Origin: Clostridia bacterium
GTDB lineage: Bacteria > Bacillota > Clostridia > Oscillospirales > Butyricicoccaceae
Length of the DNA stretch: 52,258 nucleotides
Assembly: GCA_017620505.1 (NCBI GenBank)
Contig: JAGAVA010000148.1
Location: 1-52,258 of the forward strand
Direction: 5' to 3'
Part shown: in pieces, positions 36,488 through 46,060 of the stretch
How positions within the stretch are numbered: the first letter of the stretch is position 1
Layout: every line of letters starts with the position of its first letter
Translations under genes and position numbers: made by a program
The notes under the pieces: model-generated
What the model saw: the letters and a program-made list of their open reading frames with translations, nothing else
Told to the model about the DNA's origin: nothing
Database searches by the model: none

Positions 36488-37033
36488 TTATTTCTTCTTA
36501 CCGCCGGTCTTGCCTTCCTTACGGCGGACAACTTCACCAGCATAGCGGATACCCTTGCCCTTATAAGGCTCGGGGGGTCTCTTCTCGCGGACCTCGGCAG
36601 CAAACTGGCCGACGGACTGCTTGTCGATACCGGAAACGATAATCTTGTTGGGAGCGGGGACTTCGATGGTCACGCCGTTCTTCTCTTCCATGATAACCTG
36701 GTGAGAGAAACCGATGTTCATGACCAGCTTGTTGCCGTCCTTGGCAACACGGTAACCAACACCGTTGACTTCCAGCTCCTTCTTGTAACCCTCGGTGACA
36801 CCCACGATCATGTTGTTCAGCAGGGTGCGGGTCAGGCCGTGCAGAGCCTTGTGCTCCTTAGCCTCAGAGGGACGCTTGACATGGATGACATTGCCTTCCA
36901 TCTCAAAAATCATATCAGGGTGCAGAGCCTGAGTGGTCTCACCCTTGGGGCCCTTAACGGTCACCACGTTGGCGTTAAACTTGACTTCCACGCCGGCGGG
37001 GACGGTAATGGGCATTCTGCCGATACGAGACAT
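36488..37033 (-). CDS. rplF: 50S ribosomal protein L6
   Basis: MSRIGRMPITVPAGVEVKF... Confidence 0.96.
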   Translation of the reverse strand: MSRIGRMPITVPAGVEVKFNANVVTVKGPKGETTQALHPDMIFEMEGNVIHVKRPSEAKEHKALHGLTRTLLNNMIVGVTEGYKKELEVNGVGYRVAKDGNKLVMNIGFSHQVIMEEKNGVTIEVPAPNKIIVSGIDKQSVGQFAAEVREKRPPEPYKGKGIRYAGEVVRRKEGKTGGKKK

Positions 37034-37049
37034 TGCTTCTTACCTCCTC

Positions 37050-37448
37050 TTACCAAATGAAAGCCAGGACTTCGCCGCCGACATGCAGCTCGCGAGCCTT
37101 CTTGTCGGTCATGATGCCCTTGCTGGTGGAAATGATGGCGATACCCAGGCCCTTCAGGACGCGGGGCAGCTCGTCAGCACCGGCGTAGACACGCAGACCG
37201 GGCTTGGAGACGCGGCGCAGGCCGGAGATGGCCTTTTCCTTGTTGGCGGAGTACTTCAGAGTGACCTTGATGGTGCCCTGAGTGCCGTTCTCGATGACTT
37301 CGAAGGCCTTGATGTAGCCCTCATCCAGCAGGATCTGAGCAATAGCCTTCTTCATGCTGGAAGCCGGGATCTCGACAGTAGCGTGACGAGCAGCACCGGC
37401 GTTGCGGATACGAGTCAGCATATCCGCGATGGGATCAGTGATGTGCAT
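37050..37448 (-). CDS. rpsH: 30S ribosomal protein S8
   Basis: [16 protein letters not shown]... Confidence 0.96.
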   Translation of the reverse strand: MHITDPIADMLTRIRNAGAARHATVEIPASSMKKAIAQILLDEGYIKAFEVIENGTQGTIKVTLKYSANKEKAISGLRRVSKPGLRVYAGADELPRVLKGLGIAIISTSKGIMTDKKARELHVGGEVLAFIW

Positions 37449-37731
37449 TTCTTTCTTCCTCCTATTAGAAGTTAGAGAGTGGCTTGGATTTGCGGGTTTT
37501 CAACGGCGGGAGCCGGCCCGTCGGGGCATTCCCGATTGGCCGGTTGCCGGAGTTTGTATTGTCCCGCGGCCCTCTCCACTATTCTTGAGCACACATCCGT
37601 GTGCCGGGAAACGAATGAATTGGGTTGGCGTTCAGCTCCCGTTCGGGAAATCTGTGTCTCAGGCAAGCATCAGCGGTTTCGGCAGTACCGAGGTACGGCG
37701 GAACCGATGATGTGCCGCATGAGCGCAGATT

Positions 37732-37917
37732 TTACCAGGAAGCCTTGCGGACGCCGGGGATCTGGCCCTTGTAAGCCAGCTCGCGGAAGCAGATACGGCA
37801 GATGCCGAAGTCACGCAGATAAGCATGAGGTCTGCCGCAGATCTTGCAGCGGTTGTAGTTGCGGGTAGCAAACTTGCTGCCGCGCTGCTGCTTCAGAATC
37901 ATAGATTTCTTAGCCAT
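37732..37917 (-). CDS. rpsZ: 30S ribosomal protein S14, type Z (zinc-ribbon form)
   Basis: [61 protein letters not shown]. Confidence 0.96.
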   Translation of the reverse strand: MAKKSMILKQQRGSKFATRNYNRCKICGRPHAYLRDFGICRICFRELAYKGQIPGVRKASW

Positions 37918-37931
37918 TGTGTTACCTCCCC

Positions 37932-38516
37932 TTACTTAGCGAACGGAGCGCCCATCAGGGTCAGCAGCTCGCGAGCTTCTTCGTCGGTAGTGGCAGTAGT
38001 GGTGAACACGATGTCCATACCGCGGATCTTGTCGATCTTATCGTAGTCGATCTCGGGGAAGATCAGCTGCTCCTTAACGCCCATGGCATAGTTGCCGCGG
38101 CCGTCGAAGCCGTTGGGGTTGATGCCGCGGAAGTCGCGGACGCGGGGCAGCGCAATGCTGAACAGGCGATCCATGAACTCCCACATACGGTCGCCGCGCA
38201 GGGTGACCTTAGCACCGATGTTCATGCCCTCACGCAGCTTGAAGTTAGCAACAGACTTCTTAGCCTTGGTGACGACGGGCTTCTGACCGGTGATCTTCAT
38301 CAGGTCAGCAACAACGGCGTCCAGAACCTTGGCGTTGTCACGAGCCTCACCAGCGCCCACGTTGATGGTGATCTTATCAAACTTGGGGATCTGCATGGAG
38401 CTCTTGTACTCGAACTTCTTCATCAGAGCGGGAGCAACTTCCTGAGTGTACTTGGTCTTCAGACGGGGGGTGTAGCCTTCGGGCTTCACGGCGCCTTCGA
38501 TTTTTTCCTTAGCCAT
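37932..38516 (-). CDS. rplE: 50S ribosomal protein L5
   Basis: ...[34 protein letters not shown]... Confidence 0.95.
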   Translation of the reverse strand: MAKEKIEGAVKPEGYTPRLKTKYTQEVAPALMKKFEYKSSMQIPKFDKITINVGAGEARDNAKVLDAVVADLMKITGQKPVVTKAKKSVANFKLREGMNIGAKVTLRGDRMWEFMDRLFSIALPRVRDFRGINPNGFDGRGNYAMGVKEQLIFPEIDYDKIDKIRGMDIVFTTTATTDEEARELLTLMGAPFAK

Positions 38517-38535
38517 GTTTTACTCCTCCTCGTCC

Positions 38536-38850
38536 TTAGATTTCAGCGCCGCACTTCTTGCAGACGGTCAGCTTCTTGCCGTCGACAAACTTGTGTGCGG
38601 GGCGGGTGGCCTTGCCACACTTGGGGCAGACGCGCATGACTTTGCAGGCGCGGATGGGGGTCTCCCGGTTCACGATGCCACCGGTCTCGCCCTGCTTGCG
38701 GGGCTTCTGATGATGGGCGGTGATAGCAACGCCTTCGACGAGGACGGTGCCCTTCTTGGGAGAAGCAGAGATGACCTTACCCTGCTTGCCCTTATCCTTG
38801 CCGGAAAGTACCACTACGGTGTCGCCGCGCTTAACATGCAATGTATTCAT
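38536..38850 (-). CDS. rplX: 50S ribosomal protein L24
   Basis: M..LHVKRGDTVVVLSGKDKGKQGKV... Confidence 0.95.
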   Translation of the reverse strand: MNTLHVKRGDTVVVLSGKDKGKQGKVISASPKKGTVLVEGVAITAHHQKPRKQGETGGIVNRETPIRACKVMRVCPKCGKATRPAHKFVDGKKLTVCKKCGAEI

Positions 38851-38864
38851 TGTCAGCGTCCTCC

Positions 38865-39233
38865 TTACAGTACTTCGGGAGCCAGGGAGAGGATCTTGGT
38901 GAAGTCCTTCTCACGCAGCTCACGGGCAACCGGTCCAAAGATACGGGTGCCCTGGGGGGTCTTGTCTTCCTTGATGATGACGGCGGCGTTCTCGTCGAAA
39001 CGGACGTAGCTGCCATCGTTACGGCGCAGACCCTTGCGGGAGCGCACGATTACGGCCTTGACCACATCGCCCTTCTTGACCTGGCCGCCGGGGGCAGCCT
39101 TACGGACAGAGCAGACGATGACATCGCCGATGTTGCCGTATCTCCGGGTGGAACCGCCCAGGACACGGATGCACTTCAGTTCCTTGGCGCCGGTGTTGTC
39201 GGCGACGCGCAGATAAGATTCAGCCTGAATCAT
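38865..39233 (-). CDS. rplN: 50S ribosomal protein L14
   Basis: [27 protein letters not shown]... Confidence 0.97.
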   Translation of the reverse strand: MIQAESYLRVADNTGAKELKCIRVLGGSTRRYGNIGDVIVCSVRKAAPGGQVKKGDVVKAVIVRSRKGLRRNDGSYVRFDENAAVIIKEDKTPQGTRIFGPVARELREKDFTKILSLAPEVL

Positions 39234-39247
39234 GTGTCGGTTCCTCC

Positions 39248-39505
39248 TTACTTAGCTTTTTCGACGATTTCAACCAGACGCCATCTCTTGTCCTTGGACA
39301 GGGGACGGGTCTCCATCACGCGGACCTTATCGCCCACGCCGCACTCGTTGTTCTCGTCATGTGCCTTCAGTTTATAGGTTCTCTTCAGAGTCTTCTTATA
39401 CAGCGGATGCTGGACTCTGTCTTCGATCGCAACAACGATGGTCTTGTCCATCTTGTCAGAAACGACCATGCCGACCTTCGTCTTGCGGAAAGCTCTTTCA
39501 CTCAT
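39248..39505 (-). CDS. rpsQ: 30S ribosomal protein S17
   Basis: ...[32 protein letters not shown]... Confidence 0.96.
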   Translation of the reverse strand: MSERAFRKTKVGMVVSDKMDKTIVVAIEDRVQHPLYKKTLKRTYKLKAHDENNECGVGDKVRVMETRPLSKDKRWRLVEIVEKAK

Positions 39506-39525
39506 TGGTATGTCCTCCTTACCGC

Positions 39526-39723
39526 TTACTTGGCGGCGAGCTCGCGCTCGCGCTGCACAGTCTTGATCTTGGCGATGTCCTTCTTGACATCAGCGATCTT
39601 GCTGGGGTTATCCAGCTGGTTGGTGGCGTGCTGAAGACGCAGGTTGAACAGGTCCTTCTTCAGCTCCATCAGCTTCTCAGCCAGCTGCTCAGCAGACATC
39701 TCACGGATTTCTTTGATCTTCAT
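39526..39723 (-). CDS. rpmC: 50S ribosomal protein L29
   Basis: [31 protein letters not shown]... Confidence 0.95.
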   Translation of the reverse strand: MKIKEIREMSAEQLAEKLMELKKDLFNLRLQHATNQLDNPSKIADVKKDIAKIKTVQRERELAAK

Positions 39724-40160
39724 TACGCTTCACCACCATTCTCAGTAACAGTGTCCTCGCGCTTGACAAACTTGCACTTGACGGGCAGCTTGTAGCTGGC
39801 GAGACGGAGAGCTTCGCGGGCGACCTCTTCGGAGACGCCGGCGATCTCGAACATGACGCGGCCGGGCTTAACAACGGCCACCCAGTATTCGGGAGAACCC
39901 TTACCGGAACCCATACGGGTCTCAGCGGGCTTTTCGGTAACGGGCTTGTCGGGGAAGATCTTGATCCACACCTGACCGCCACGCTTGGTGTAACGGGTCA
40001 TGGCAACACGGGCTGCCTCGATCTGGTTGCTGGTGATCCAGGCGGGCTCGGTGGCCATCAGGCCAAACTCACCATTGGAAACGAAGTTGCCGCGAGTAGC
40101 TTTGCCTTTCATACGGCCGCGATGCACTCTGCGGAACTTAACTCTTTTAGGCATTAACAT
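39723..40160 (-). CDS. rplP: 50S ribosomal protein L16
   Basis: [22 protein letters not shown]... Confidence 0.96.
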   Translation of the reverse strand: MLMPKRVKFRRVHRGRMKGKATRGNFVSNGEFGLMATEPAWITSNQIEAARVAMTRYTKRGGQVWIKIFPDKPVTEKPAETRMGSGKGSPEYWVAVVKPGRVMFEIAGVSEEVAREALRLASYKLPVKCKFVKREDTVTENGGEA

Positions 40161-41020
40161 TAGTTTGCTCCTCCTTCCGTCTTGGGAGCCTCAGCGGCGG
40201 GACGCTGATAGGGGCGACCCTGGGGACCGCGGGGGCCGGCGGAAAACTGCTTACGCTCGCCGAAGCGGCCGCCATCACGACGAGGGGCGCGATCACCATC
40301 GCGACGCTCACGGCGGTCATTTCTACGGTCGCCGTCGCGGCGATCGCGGCGATCACGACGGGGGGCTTCCACGGGAGTGGAGCGGGGGCCGCCGGTGAGG
40401 ACTTCGCCCTTATACAGCCACACCTTGATGCCGATACGACCGGCAGTGGTCTTAGCCTCAGCAAAACCATAGTCGATGTCGGCACGCAGGGTCTGCAGGG
40501 GGATAGTGCCCTCGTGATAGTGCTCAGAGCCGGCGATCTCGCGGCCGCCCAGACGGCCGGAAGCGTTGACCTTGATGCCCTTAGCACCCAGCTTCATCGC
40601 ACGCTGCATAGCCATCTTCATGGCGCGGCGATGGGAAATACGCTTTTCCAGCTGAGCAGCGATGTTCTCGGCAACCAGCTGAGCGTTCAGGTCGGGAGAG
40701 CGAACTTCCACGATAGAGATGGCAACAGGCTTGTTGATCATCTTGGAGACGGTCTCCTGCAGCTTCTCGATCTCAGCACCGCCCTTACCGACGATCATGC
40801 CGGGCTTGGCGCAGTGGATGAAGATGCGGACCTTAGCGCTGTCGCGCTCGATCTCGACCTTGGGGATACCAGCCTGATACAGGTTGGTCTTCAGATATTC
40901 GCGAATCTTGTGGTCCTCCACCAGCAGGTCGCCGACGAGTTCGTCTTTGGCAAACCAACGGGAGTCCCAACCATTGATAACACCCACGCGCAGACCGTGG
41001 GGATTGACTTTCTGGCCCAT
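40160..41020 (-). CDS. rpsC: 30S ribosomal protein S3 with a long Arg/Asp-rich C-terminal extension
   Basis: [20 protein letters not shown]... is a standard S3 core of ~215 aa. It is followed by ~70 aa: ...[67 protein letters not shown]. Confidence 0.95.
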   Translation of the reverse strand: MGQKVNPHGLRVGVINGWDSRWFAKDELVGDLLVEDHKIREYLKTNLYQAGIPKVEIERDSAKVRIFIHCAKPGMIVGKGGAEIEKLQETVSKMINKPVAISIVEVRSPDLNAQLVAENIAAQLEKRISHRRAMKMAMQRAMKLGAKGIKVNASGRLGGREIAGSEHYHEGTIPLQTLRADIDYGFAEAKTTAGRIGIKVWLYKGEVLTGGPRSTPVEAPRRDRRDRRDGDRRNDRRERRDGDRAPRRDGGRFGERKQFSAGPRGPQGRPYQRPAAEAPKTEGGAN

Positions 41021-41035
41021 AGTTTCCCTCCTGAC

Positions 41036-41371
41036 TTATTCTTTCTCGGCGAGAACCATGTTGATGTGGCAGGTTCTCTTCTGGATACCGGCAGCGCCGC
41101 CGCGTGCACGGGGCATCATCCGCTTCAGGATGGGGCCGGGGCAGCAATAGATCTTAGCGACGTACAGCTTCTCGGGATCCATTTCGAAATTGTTCTCGGC
41201 GTTGGCAGCGCAGCTCTTCAGCAGCTTCATCAGAGGCTCAGAGGCGGCCTTGCGAGTATTCATCAGGATGGCGGCAGCGGTGGCCACATCCTTACCACGG
41301 ATCAGATCGCAGACGATCTGGACCTTGCGGGGGGACATACGAACAAACTTGACAGATGCTTTAGCTTCCAT
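41036..41371 (-). CDS. rplV: 50S ribosomal protein L22
   Basis: MEAKASVKFVRMSPRKV.... The ATG at 41371 lies 7 nt after GGGAGG. The track start at 41386 is upstream of the RBS. Confidence 0.95.
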   Translation of the reverse strand: MEAKASVKFVRMSPRKVQIVCDLIRGKDVATAAAILMNTRKAASEPLMKLLKSCAANAENNFEMDPEKLYVAKIYCCPGPILKRMMPRARGGAAGIQKRTCHINMVLAEKE

Positions 41372-41385
41372 TTTCGTACCTCCCA

Positions 41386-41658
41386 TTACTTACCGGTCTT
41401 GCTGCCAGCGTGACCCTTGAAGGTACGCGTGGGAGCAAACTCGCCCAGCTTGTGTCCGACCATATCCTCGGTGACGTACACGGGGATATGCTTTCTGCCG
41501 TCATGGACGGCGATGGTGTGGCCCACGAACTCCGGGAAAATGGTGGAGGAACGGGACCAGGTCTTCAGGACCTTCTTCTCACCAGCCTCATTCAGCTGGA
41601 TGACCCTCTTCAGCAGCTCGGGAGCCACAAAGGGGCCCTTTTTAATACTTCTGCCCAT
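41386..41658 (-). CDS. rpsS: 30S ribosomal protein S19
   Basis: [19 protein letters not shown]... Confidence 0.96.
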   Translation of the reverse strand: MGRSIKKGPFVAPELLKRVIQLNEAGEKKVLKTWSRSSTIFPEFVGHTIAVHDGRKHIPVYVTEDMVGHKLGEFAPTRTFKGHAGSKTGK

Positions 41659-41677
41659 ATTCTGTTGCTCCTTTCAA

Positions 41678-42511
41678 TTACTTGCCGTTGCGGCGCTTGA
41701 CAATCTGCTTGTCGGTGCGATGGTTCTTCTTGCGGGTCTTGTAACCCAGAGCGGGCTTACCCCAGGGGGTAACAGGGCCGCTGCGGCCGATGGGGGACTT
41801 ACCCTCACCACCGCCGTGGGGGTGATCGCAGGGGTTCATAACAGAGCCGCGGACGGTGGGACGGATGCCCAGGTGACGGGTCTTACCGGCCTTACCACGA
41901 TTCTGGTTTTCCTGATCGATGTTGCTGACCTGACCGATGGTGGCGTGGCAGTTCATCTTGATGAAACGAACTTCGCCGGAGGGCAGACGGACCTGAGCGG
42001 CAGCGCCTTCCTTAGCCATCAGCTGAGCAGCGCCACCGGCGGAACGGACCAGCTGGCCACCGCGGCCGGGGATCAGCTCGATGTTGTGGATCATGGTACC
42101 CAGGGGGATGTTAGCGATGGGCAGGCAGTTGCCGGGCTTAATGTCGGCGCCCTCGCCGGACTCGACGTGATCGCCAACCTTCAGGCCGTGGGGGGCCAGG
42201 ATGTAGCGCTTCTCGCCGTCCTCATACTGCACCAGAGCAATGAAAGCGGTGCGGTTGGGATCGTACTCGATGGTCTTGACTTCGGCGGGCATGCCAACCT
42301 TGTCACGCTTGAAATCGATGATACGGTACTTAATCTTGTTACCGCCGCCATGATGACGGACGGTGATACGGCCATAGCTGTTGCGGCCAGCGGTCTTCTT
42401 CAGAGACTCCAGCAGGCTCTTCTCAGGCTTGACCTTGCTCAGACCACGATAATCGACAACCGTCATGTTACGACGGGAGGGAGTCGTGGGCTTAAAGCTC
42501 TTGATCGCCAT
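41678..42511 (-). CDS. rplB: 50S ribosomal protein L2
   Basis: [14 protein letters not shown]... ...[11 protein letters not shown]... Confidence 0.97.
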   Translation of the reverse strand: MAIKSFKPTTPSRRNMTVVDYRGLSKVKPEKSLLESLKKTAGRNSYGRITVRHHGGGNKIKYRIIDFKRDKVGMPAEVKTIEYDPNRTAFIALVQYEDGEKRYILAPHGLKVGDHVESGEGADIKPGNCLPIANIPLGTMIHNIELIPGRGGQLVRSAGGAAQLMAKEGAAAQVRLPSGEVRFIKMNCHATIGQVSNIDQENQNRGKAGKTRHLGIRPTVRGSVMNPCDHPHGGGEGKSPIGRSGPVTPWGKPALGYKTRKKNHRTDKQIVKRRNGK

Positions 42512-42648
42512 TATGTGTTCACTCCTTAATTACTTTTCGTTTTGCGCCGCACATTTTTGCGGCATACTTGCGGCAGCGCAATGCGCCGCGCGATCTTATG
42601 AAGCGCTTTTCGCGCTCTCGTCTGAGGTTTCTAACCGGTTTTTACCGA

Positions 42649-42945
42649 TTAGACCATACCCTCGAACAGCTCGATGGTCTTGGATTCCTCGGTCAGAGTG
42701 ATGATCGCTTTCTTCCAGTCAGAGGTGTAGCCGTAACGGCCGGTACGGCCGCGGGTGGCCTTGCCAGGAACGTTGATGGTGTTGACGCTGGCAACCTTGA
42801 CGCCGAAGATCTGCTCGATAGCCTTGCGGATCTCGACCTTGTTGGCGGACTTGGCGACTTCGAAGACGTACTTCTTATCGGCAACGGCCTCCATGGACTT
42901 TTCGGTGATCACGGGGCGGATGATAATATCGTAAGCGGTTTTCAT
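42649..42945 (-). CDS. rplW: 50S ribosomal protein L23
   Basis: [18 protein letters not shown]... Confidence 0.95.
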   Translation of the reverse strand: MKTAYDIIIRPVITEKSMEAVADKKYVFEVAKSANKVEIRKAIEQIFGVKVASVNTINVPGKATRGRTGRYGYTSDWKKAIITLTEESKTIELFEGMV

Positions 42946-43568
42946 TTGGCGTATACCTCCTGGATCTTCTCGACAGCGGCCTTGCCCATGACGAGCTTGT
43001 CGGCCTTCAGGATGTCGTAGACGCAGATGATGCCGGAGAAGGTGGTCTTGACGCCGGCGATGTTGCGGGCGGACAGAACCACGTTCTTGTTCACCTCGGG
43101 AGTGACGACCAGGGCCTTGCCCTCGGCGCCGACAGCCTTCAGGAACTGAACCATGCTGCGGGTCTTGATCTCATCCAGCTGGATGTTGTCGACGACGACC
43201 ATCTGGCCGGCGGCGACCTTAGCGCTCAGAGCAGAGCGGATAGCCAGCTGCTTGACCTTCTTGTTGATGCTGTAGCCGTAGCTGCGGGGCTTGGGGCCCA
43301 GAGCGACGCCACCGTGGACCCAGTGAGGAGCGCGGGTAGAACCCTGACGGGCATAACCGGAACCCTTCTGACGACGAGGCTTTCTGCCGCCGCCGGAAAC
43401 CTCGGCGCGGGTCAGAGTGCTCTGAGTGCCGTGACGCTGATTGGCCAGGTAGTTCTTGACGTCAGCATGCATGACGGCGGTGTTGGGCTCGATACCGAAG
43501 ACGCTGTCGTTCAGCTCGATTTCGCCAACGACCTTGCCGGCCATATCCAAAACATTAATCTTAGACAT
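42942..43568 (-). CDS. rplD: 50S ribosomal protein L4
   Basis: ...V.....[35 protein letters not shown]... Confidence 0.96.
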   Translation of the reverse strand: MSKINVLDMAGKVVGEIELNDSVFGIEPNTAVMHADVKNYLANQRHGTQSTLTRAEVSGGGRKPRRQKGSGYARQGSTRAPHWVHGGVALGPKPRSYGYSINKKVKQLAIRSALSAKVAAGQMVVVDNIQLDEIKTRSMVQFLKAVGAEGKALVVTPEVNKNVVLSARNIAGVKTTFSGIICVYDILKADKLVMGKAAVEKIQEVYAK

Positions 43569-43586
43569 TGTGTTTCCTCCTCCCTA

Positions 43587-44306
43587 TTAGCTTCTGGCAG
43601 AGGCCTTCTGCGGGTTACGACCGGAAGCCTTCTGGGGATTCTTGCTGATACCGGTGTCGGCCTGCTTGACCTTGATGTTCTTGACGGTGTTCTTGATGAA
43701 GACCAGAGAACCCTTGGGGCCGGGCACGGCGCCGCGGATGGCGATCATGTTGGCCTCGGCATCGACCTTGACGACTTCCAGGTTCTGAACGGTGACACGC
43801 TCAGCGCCCAGATGACCGGCCATCTTCTTACCGGGCATGACGCGGGAGGGGTCGGTGTTAGCGCCCATAGAACCGACAGAGCGGTGAACAGGGCCAACGC
43901 CGTGGGTGTGGCACTGGACGTGGGCGTTCCAGCGCTTGACAACGCCGGCGTAGCCCTTACCCTTGCTGGTGCCGATGACATCGATCTTGTCACCAGCGGC
44001 GAAGACATCGGCCTTGACGACGTCACCGACGTTCATCTCAGCGGCCTTGTCCAGGCGGAACTCTTTCAGATACTTCTTGGCGGAAACGCCAGCCTTCTCG
44101 AAGTGGCCCTTCATGGGCTTGTTGACCTTCTTGTCGGCCAGGTCCTCAAAACCCAGCTGAACAGAGGCGTAACCGTCATTTTCCACAGTCTTCTTCTGCA
44201 CGACGGTGCAGGGGCCGGCCTCGATGACGGTAACAGGGATCACATTGCCCTTTTCGTCAAAGATCTGTGTCATGCCGACTTTCTTACCGATGATTGCTTT
44301 CTGCAC
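43587..44306 (-). CDS. rplC: 50S ribosomal protein L3 with a short repeated C-terminal tail
   Basis: (GTG)[32 protein letters not shown].... The tail is ...[20 protein letters not shown]. Confidence 0.95.
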   Translation of the reverse strand: MQKAIIGKKVGMTQIFDEKGNVIPVTVIEAGPCTVVQKKTVENDGYASVQLGFEDLADKKVNKPMKGHFEKAGVSAKKYLKEFRLDKAAEMNVGDVVKADVFAAGDKIDVIGTSKGKGYAGVVKRWNAHVQCHTHGVGPVHRSVGSMGANTDPSRVMPGKKMAGHLGAERVTVQNLEVVKVDAEANMIAIRGAVPGPKGSLVFIKNTVKNIKVKQADTGISKNPQKASGRNPQKASARS

Positions 44307-44449
44307 GTTATTTCCTCCTTGCAGTTAGTGGTTGGTCAGTAGTACGGGGCAGTAACGGTACCCCGCCTTCGCTTCTCAACATAACCTGTCCTCTAAGGAC
44401 CAGGGTGCTGATAAAAATGATTTGGGGGTTTGTAAGTCTTTTTTCCGAC

Positions 44450-44761
44450 TTACAGCTTGATCTCGATCTCCACGCCGGCGGGCAGGTCCAGGTTCATCAG
44501 GGCCTCCACGGTCTTCTGGGCGGGGTTCTTGATGTCGATCAGGCGCTTGTGGGTGCGGCGCTCAAACTGCTCACGGCTGTCCTTGTACTTGTGGACGGCG
44601 CGCAGGATGGTAACGACCTTCTTGTCGGTGGGCAGGGGGATGGGGCCGGAAACCTGAGCGCCGGAGCGCTTGGCGGTCTCAACGATCTTCTCGGCTGCCT
44701 GGTCGATGACGGTGTGGTCATAGGCCTTCAGTCTGATGCGCATTTTCTGCATGTCTGCCAT
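44450..44761 (-). CDS. rpsJ: 30S ribosomal protein S10
   Basis: [45 protein letters not shown].... The ATG at 44761 is 10 nt after AGGAG. The track ORF to 44926 is an upstream extension. Confidence 0.95.
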   Translation of the reverse strand: MADMQKMRIRLKAYDHTVIDQAAEKIVETAKRSGAQVSGPIPLPTDKKVVTILRAVHKYKDSREQFERRTHKRLIDIKNPAQKTVEALMNLDLPAGVEIEIKL

Positions 44762-45178
44762 GGTTAGGTTGCTCCTTTTCATACAATGTTGTTTTGACGC
44801 GAGGGATGCGACATTGTACGGCTTGAAAGTTTGCCACGCTTCCGTGTGTATCGCCTTTTGGGCATAAAGAAAACCGGCGAGTTTACACACTTTGTCCGGC
44901 ATCAAAAAACAAAAGTTGGTTCCCACCGGGGCTTTCCGGTCTTCGACCGGGAGTTCCGCGGCTTAAGCGGGGACGCTTTTGTGATTCTGCATTCCTATTG
45001 TCTTACCACATGGAGCCTCTCCGTTCAGAAGCTCTGTGAGGCAGGACGATAGGAACGCCACTTTCTCTGCCGCCCGATTGTCGGACTTACTCCACCGAAG
45101 TTACCTGCTTTCGCAGCAATCTCCGGCTTCATCGCGGTCTGTGCTTCTCGCACAGACATACTGCGCCTCTCTTGGCGC
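44762..45178 (-). promoter_or_regulatory. Long (~416 nt) structured 5' leader of the S10 operon, or an independent ~275-nt RNA
   Basis: It lies between the strong promoter (45185-45213) and the rpsJ RBS. It has many hairpins (gcgcc/ggcgc, gtctgtgc/gcacagac, ctgc-GAAA-gcag, ccggtc-gaa-gaccgg). There is an internal U-run (plus-strand 44903-44915). An 8-bp hairpin tacaatgt/acattgta sits just before the RBS. Confidence 0.5.
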
Positions 45179-45184
45179 TTAATC

Positions 45185-45213
45185 ATAATACCGCTACCCA
45201 GCCAAAATGTCAA
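45185..45213 (-). promoter_or_regulatory. Near-consensus sigma-70 promoter facing rpsJ
   Basis: Minus strand reads TTGACA (45213-45208) - 17 nt - TATTAT (45190-45185). Confidence 0.7.
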
Positions 45214-45342
45214 GCCTTTTTCACGAATTTTTTCAAAAAATTTTGTACATTTCTACCGAAATTACAAAATCACCAGATTTTGTGGTAAAGCTCCTCTGCT
45301 TGTCACAAAATATAGTTTTCAAGGAAATTTTATAAGAAAATA

Positions 45343-45382
45343 CAAACAAATGTTTGCTTTCCTCGAACAAGTGTGCTATAAT
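45343..45382 (+). promoter_or_regulatory. lexA promoter with two Cheo-box-like LexA operators
   Basis: cAAACaaatGTTTg (45343-45356) overlaps the -35 TTGCTT. cGAACaagtGTGC (45364-45376) sits in the spacer. The extended -10 is tgcTATAAT (45374-45382). The Firmicutes LexA consensus is GAAC-N4-GTTC. Confidence 0.65.
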
Positions 45383-45466
45383 ATCTGCATAAGAAGTGTT
45401 TTTACGTCTTTTATATGAGCTTTTACACCTTATATAATAATATATGTGTTTCGAATGAGGTGCATT

Positions 45467-46060
45467 ATGAACAAACTCAGCCCTATGCGGCAGCGTATTC
45501 TGGACTATGTCACCGCCTTTACCCGGGAAAACGGCTATCCGCCCACCGTGCGTGAGATCTGTGAAGCAGTGGGTCTGCGCTCTCCCTCCACCGTCCACAG
45601 TCACCTGAAGATCCTGCAGGAAGGCGGTTATCTGGAAAAGGATGACCGCAAGACCCGGGCCCTGTCGGTCAAGGGCGGCAGCGGCACGGCTTTCCGCAGC
45701 GTGCCCATTCTGGGCACCGTCACTGCCGGTCTGCCCATTCTGGCGCAGGAGGACACGCTGGGCTATGTACCCTACGACGGTCCCGAGCAGGGAGAGATGT
45801 TTGCCCTGCAGGTTCGGGGCGAAAGTATGATTGGCGCCGGCATTCTGGACGGCGACATTGTGCTGGTGCGCCGGCAGAACACCGCCATCTCCGGTCAGAT
45901 CATCGTCGCCATGATCGGCGAGGAAGCCACCGTCAAGCGTTTGGCCATCAAGCCCAACGGCATCTGGCTTATGCCGGAAAACCCCGCTTTTGAACCCATC
46001 GACGGCCGTGAGTGCGCCATTCTGGGACTGGTTGTGTCCCTGTACCGTCCTCACGTATGA
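45467..46060 (+). CDS. lexA: LexA repressor
   Basis: MNKLSPMRQRILDYVTAFTRENGYPPTVREICEAVGLRSPSTVHSHLKILQEGGYL...VRGESM..AGI.DGD.V.V.... Confidence 0.95.
   Translation: MNKLSPMRQRILDYVTAFTRENGYPPTVREICEAVGLRSPSTVHSHLKILQEGGYLEKDDRKTRALSVKGGSGTAFRSVPILGTVTAGLPILAQEDTLGYVPYDGPEQGEMFALQVRGESMIGAGILDGDIVLVRRQNTAISGQIIVAMIGEEATVKRLAIKPNGIWLMPENPAFEPIDGRECAILGLVVSLYRPHV

Noticed and set aside
44900-45180. glmS ribozyme or T-box identity for the rpsJ leader (it begins aagcgcc...ggcgc and contains ggugggaacc).
   Set aside because: Only the first hairpin resembles the glmS P1, and the catalytic core strings are absent. There is no specifier loop or AGAGA/GNUGGUACC T-box sequence. The downstream gene is not glmS or an aminoacyl-tRNA-related gene.
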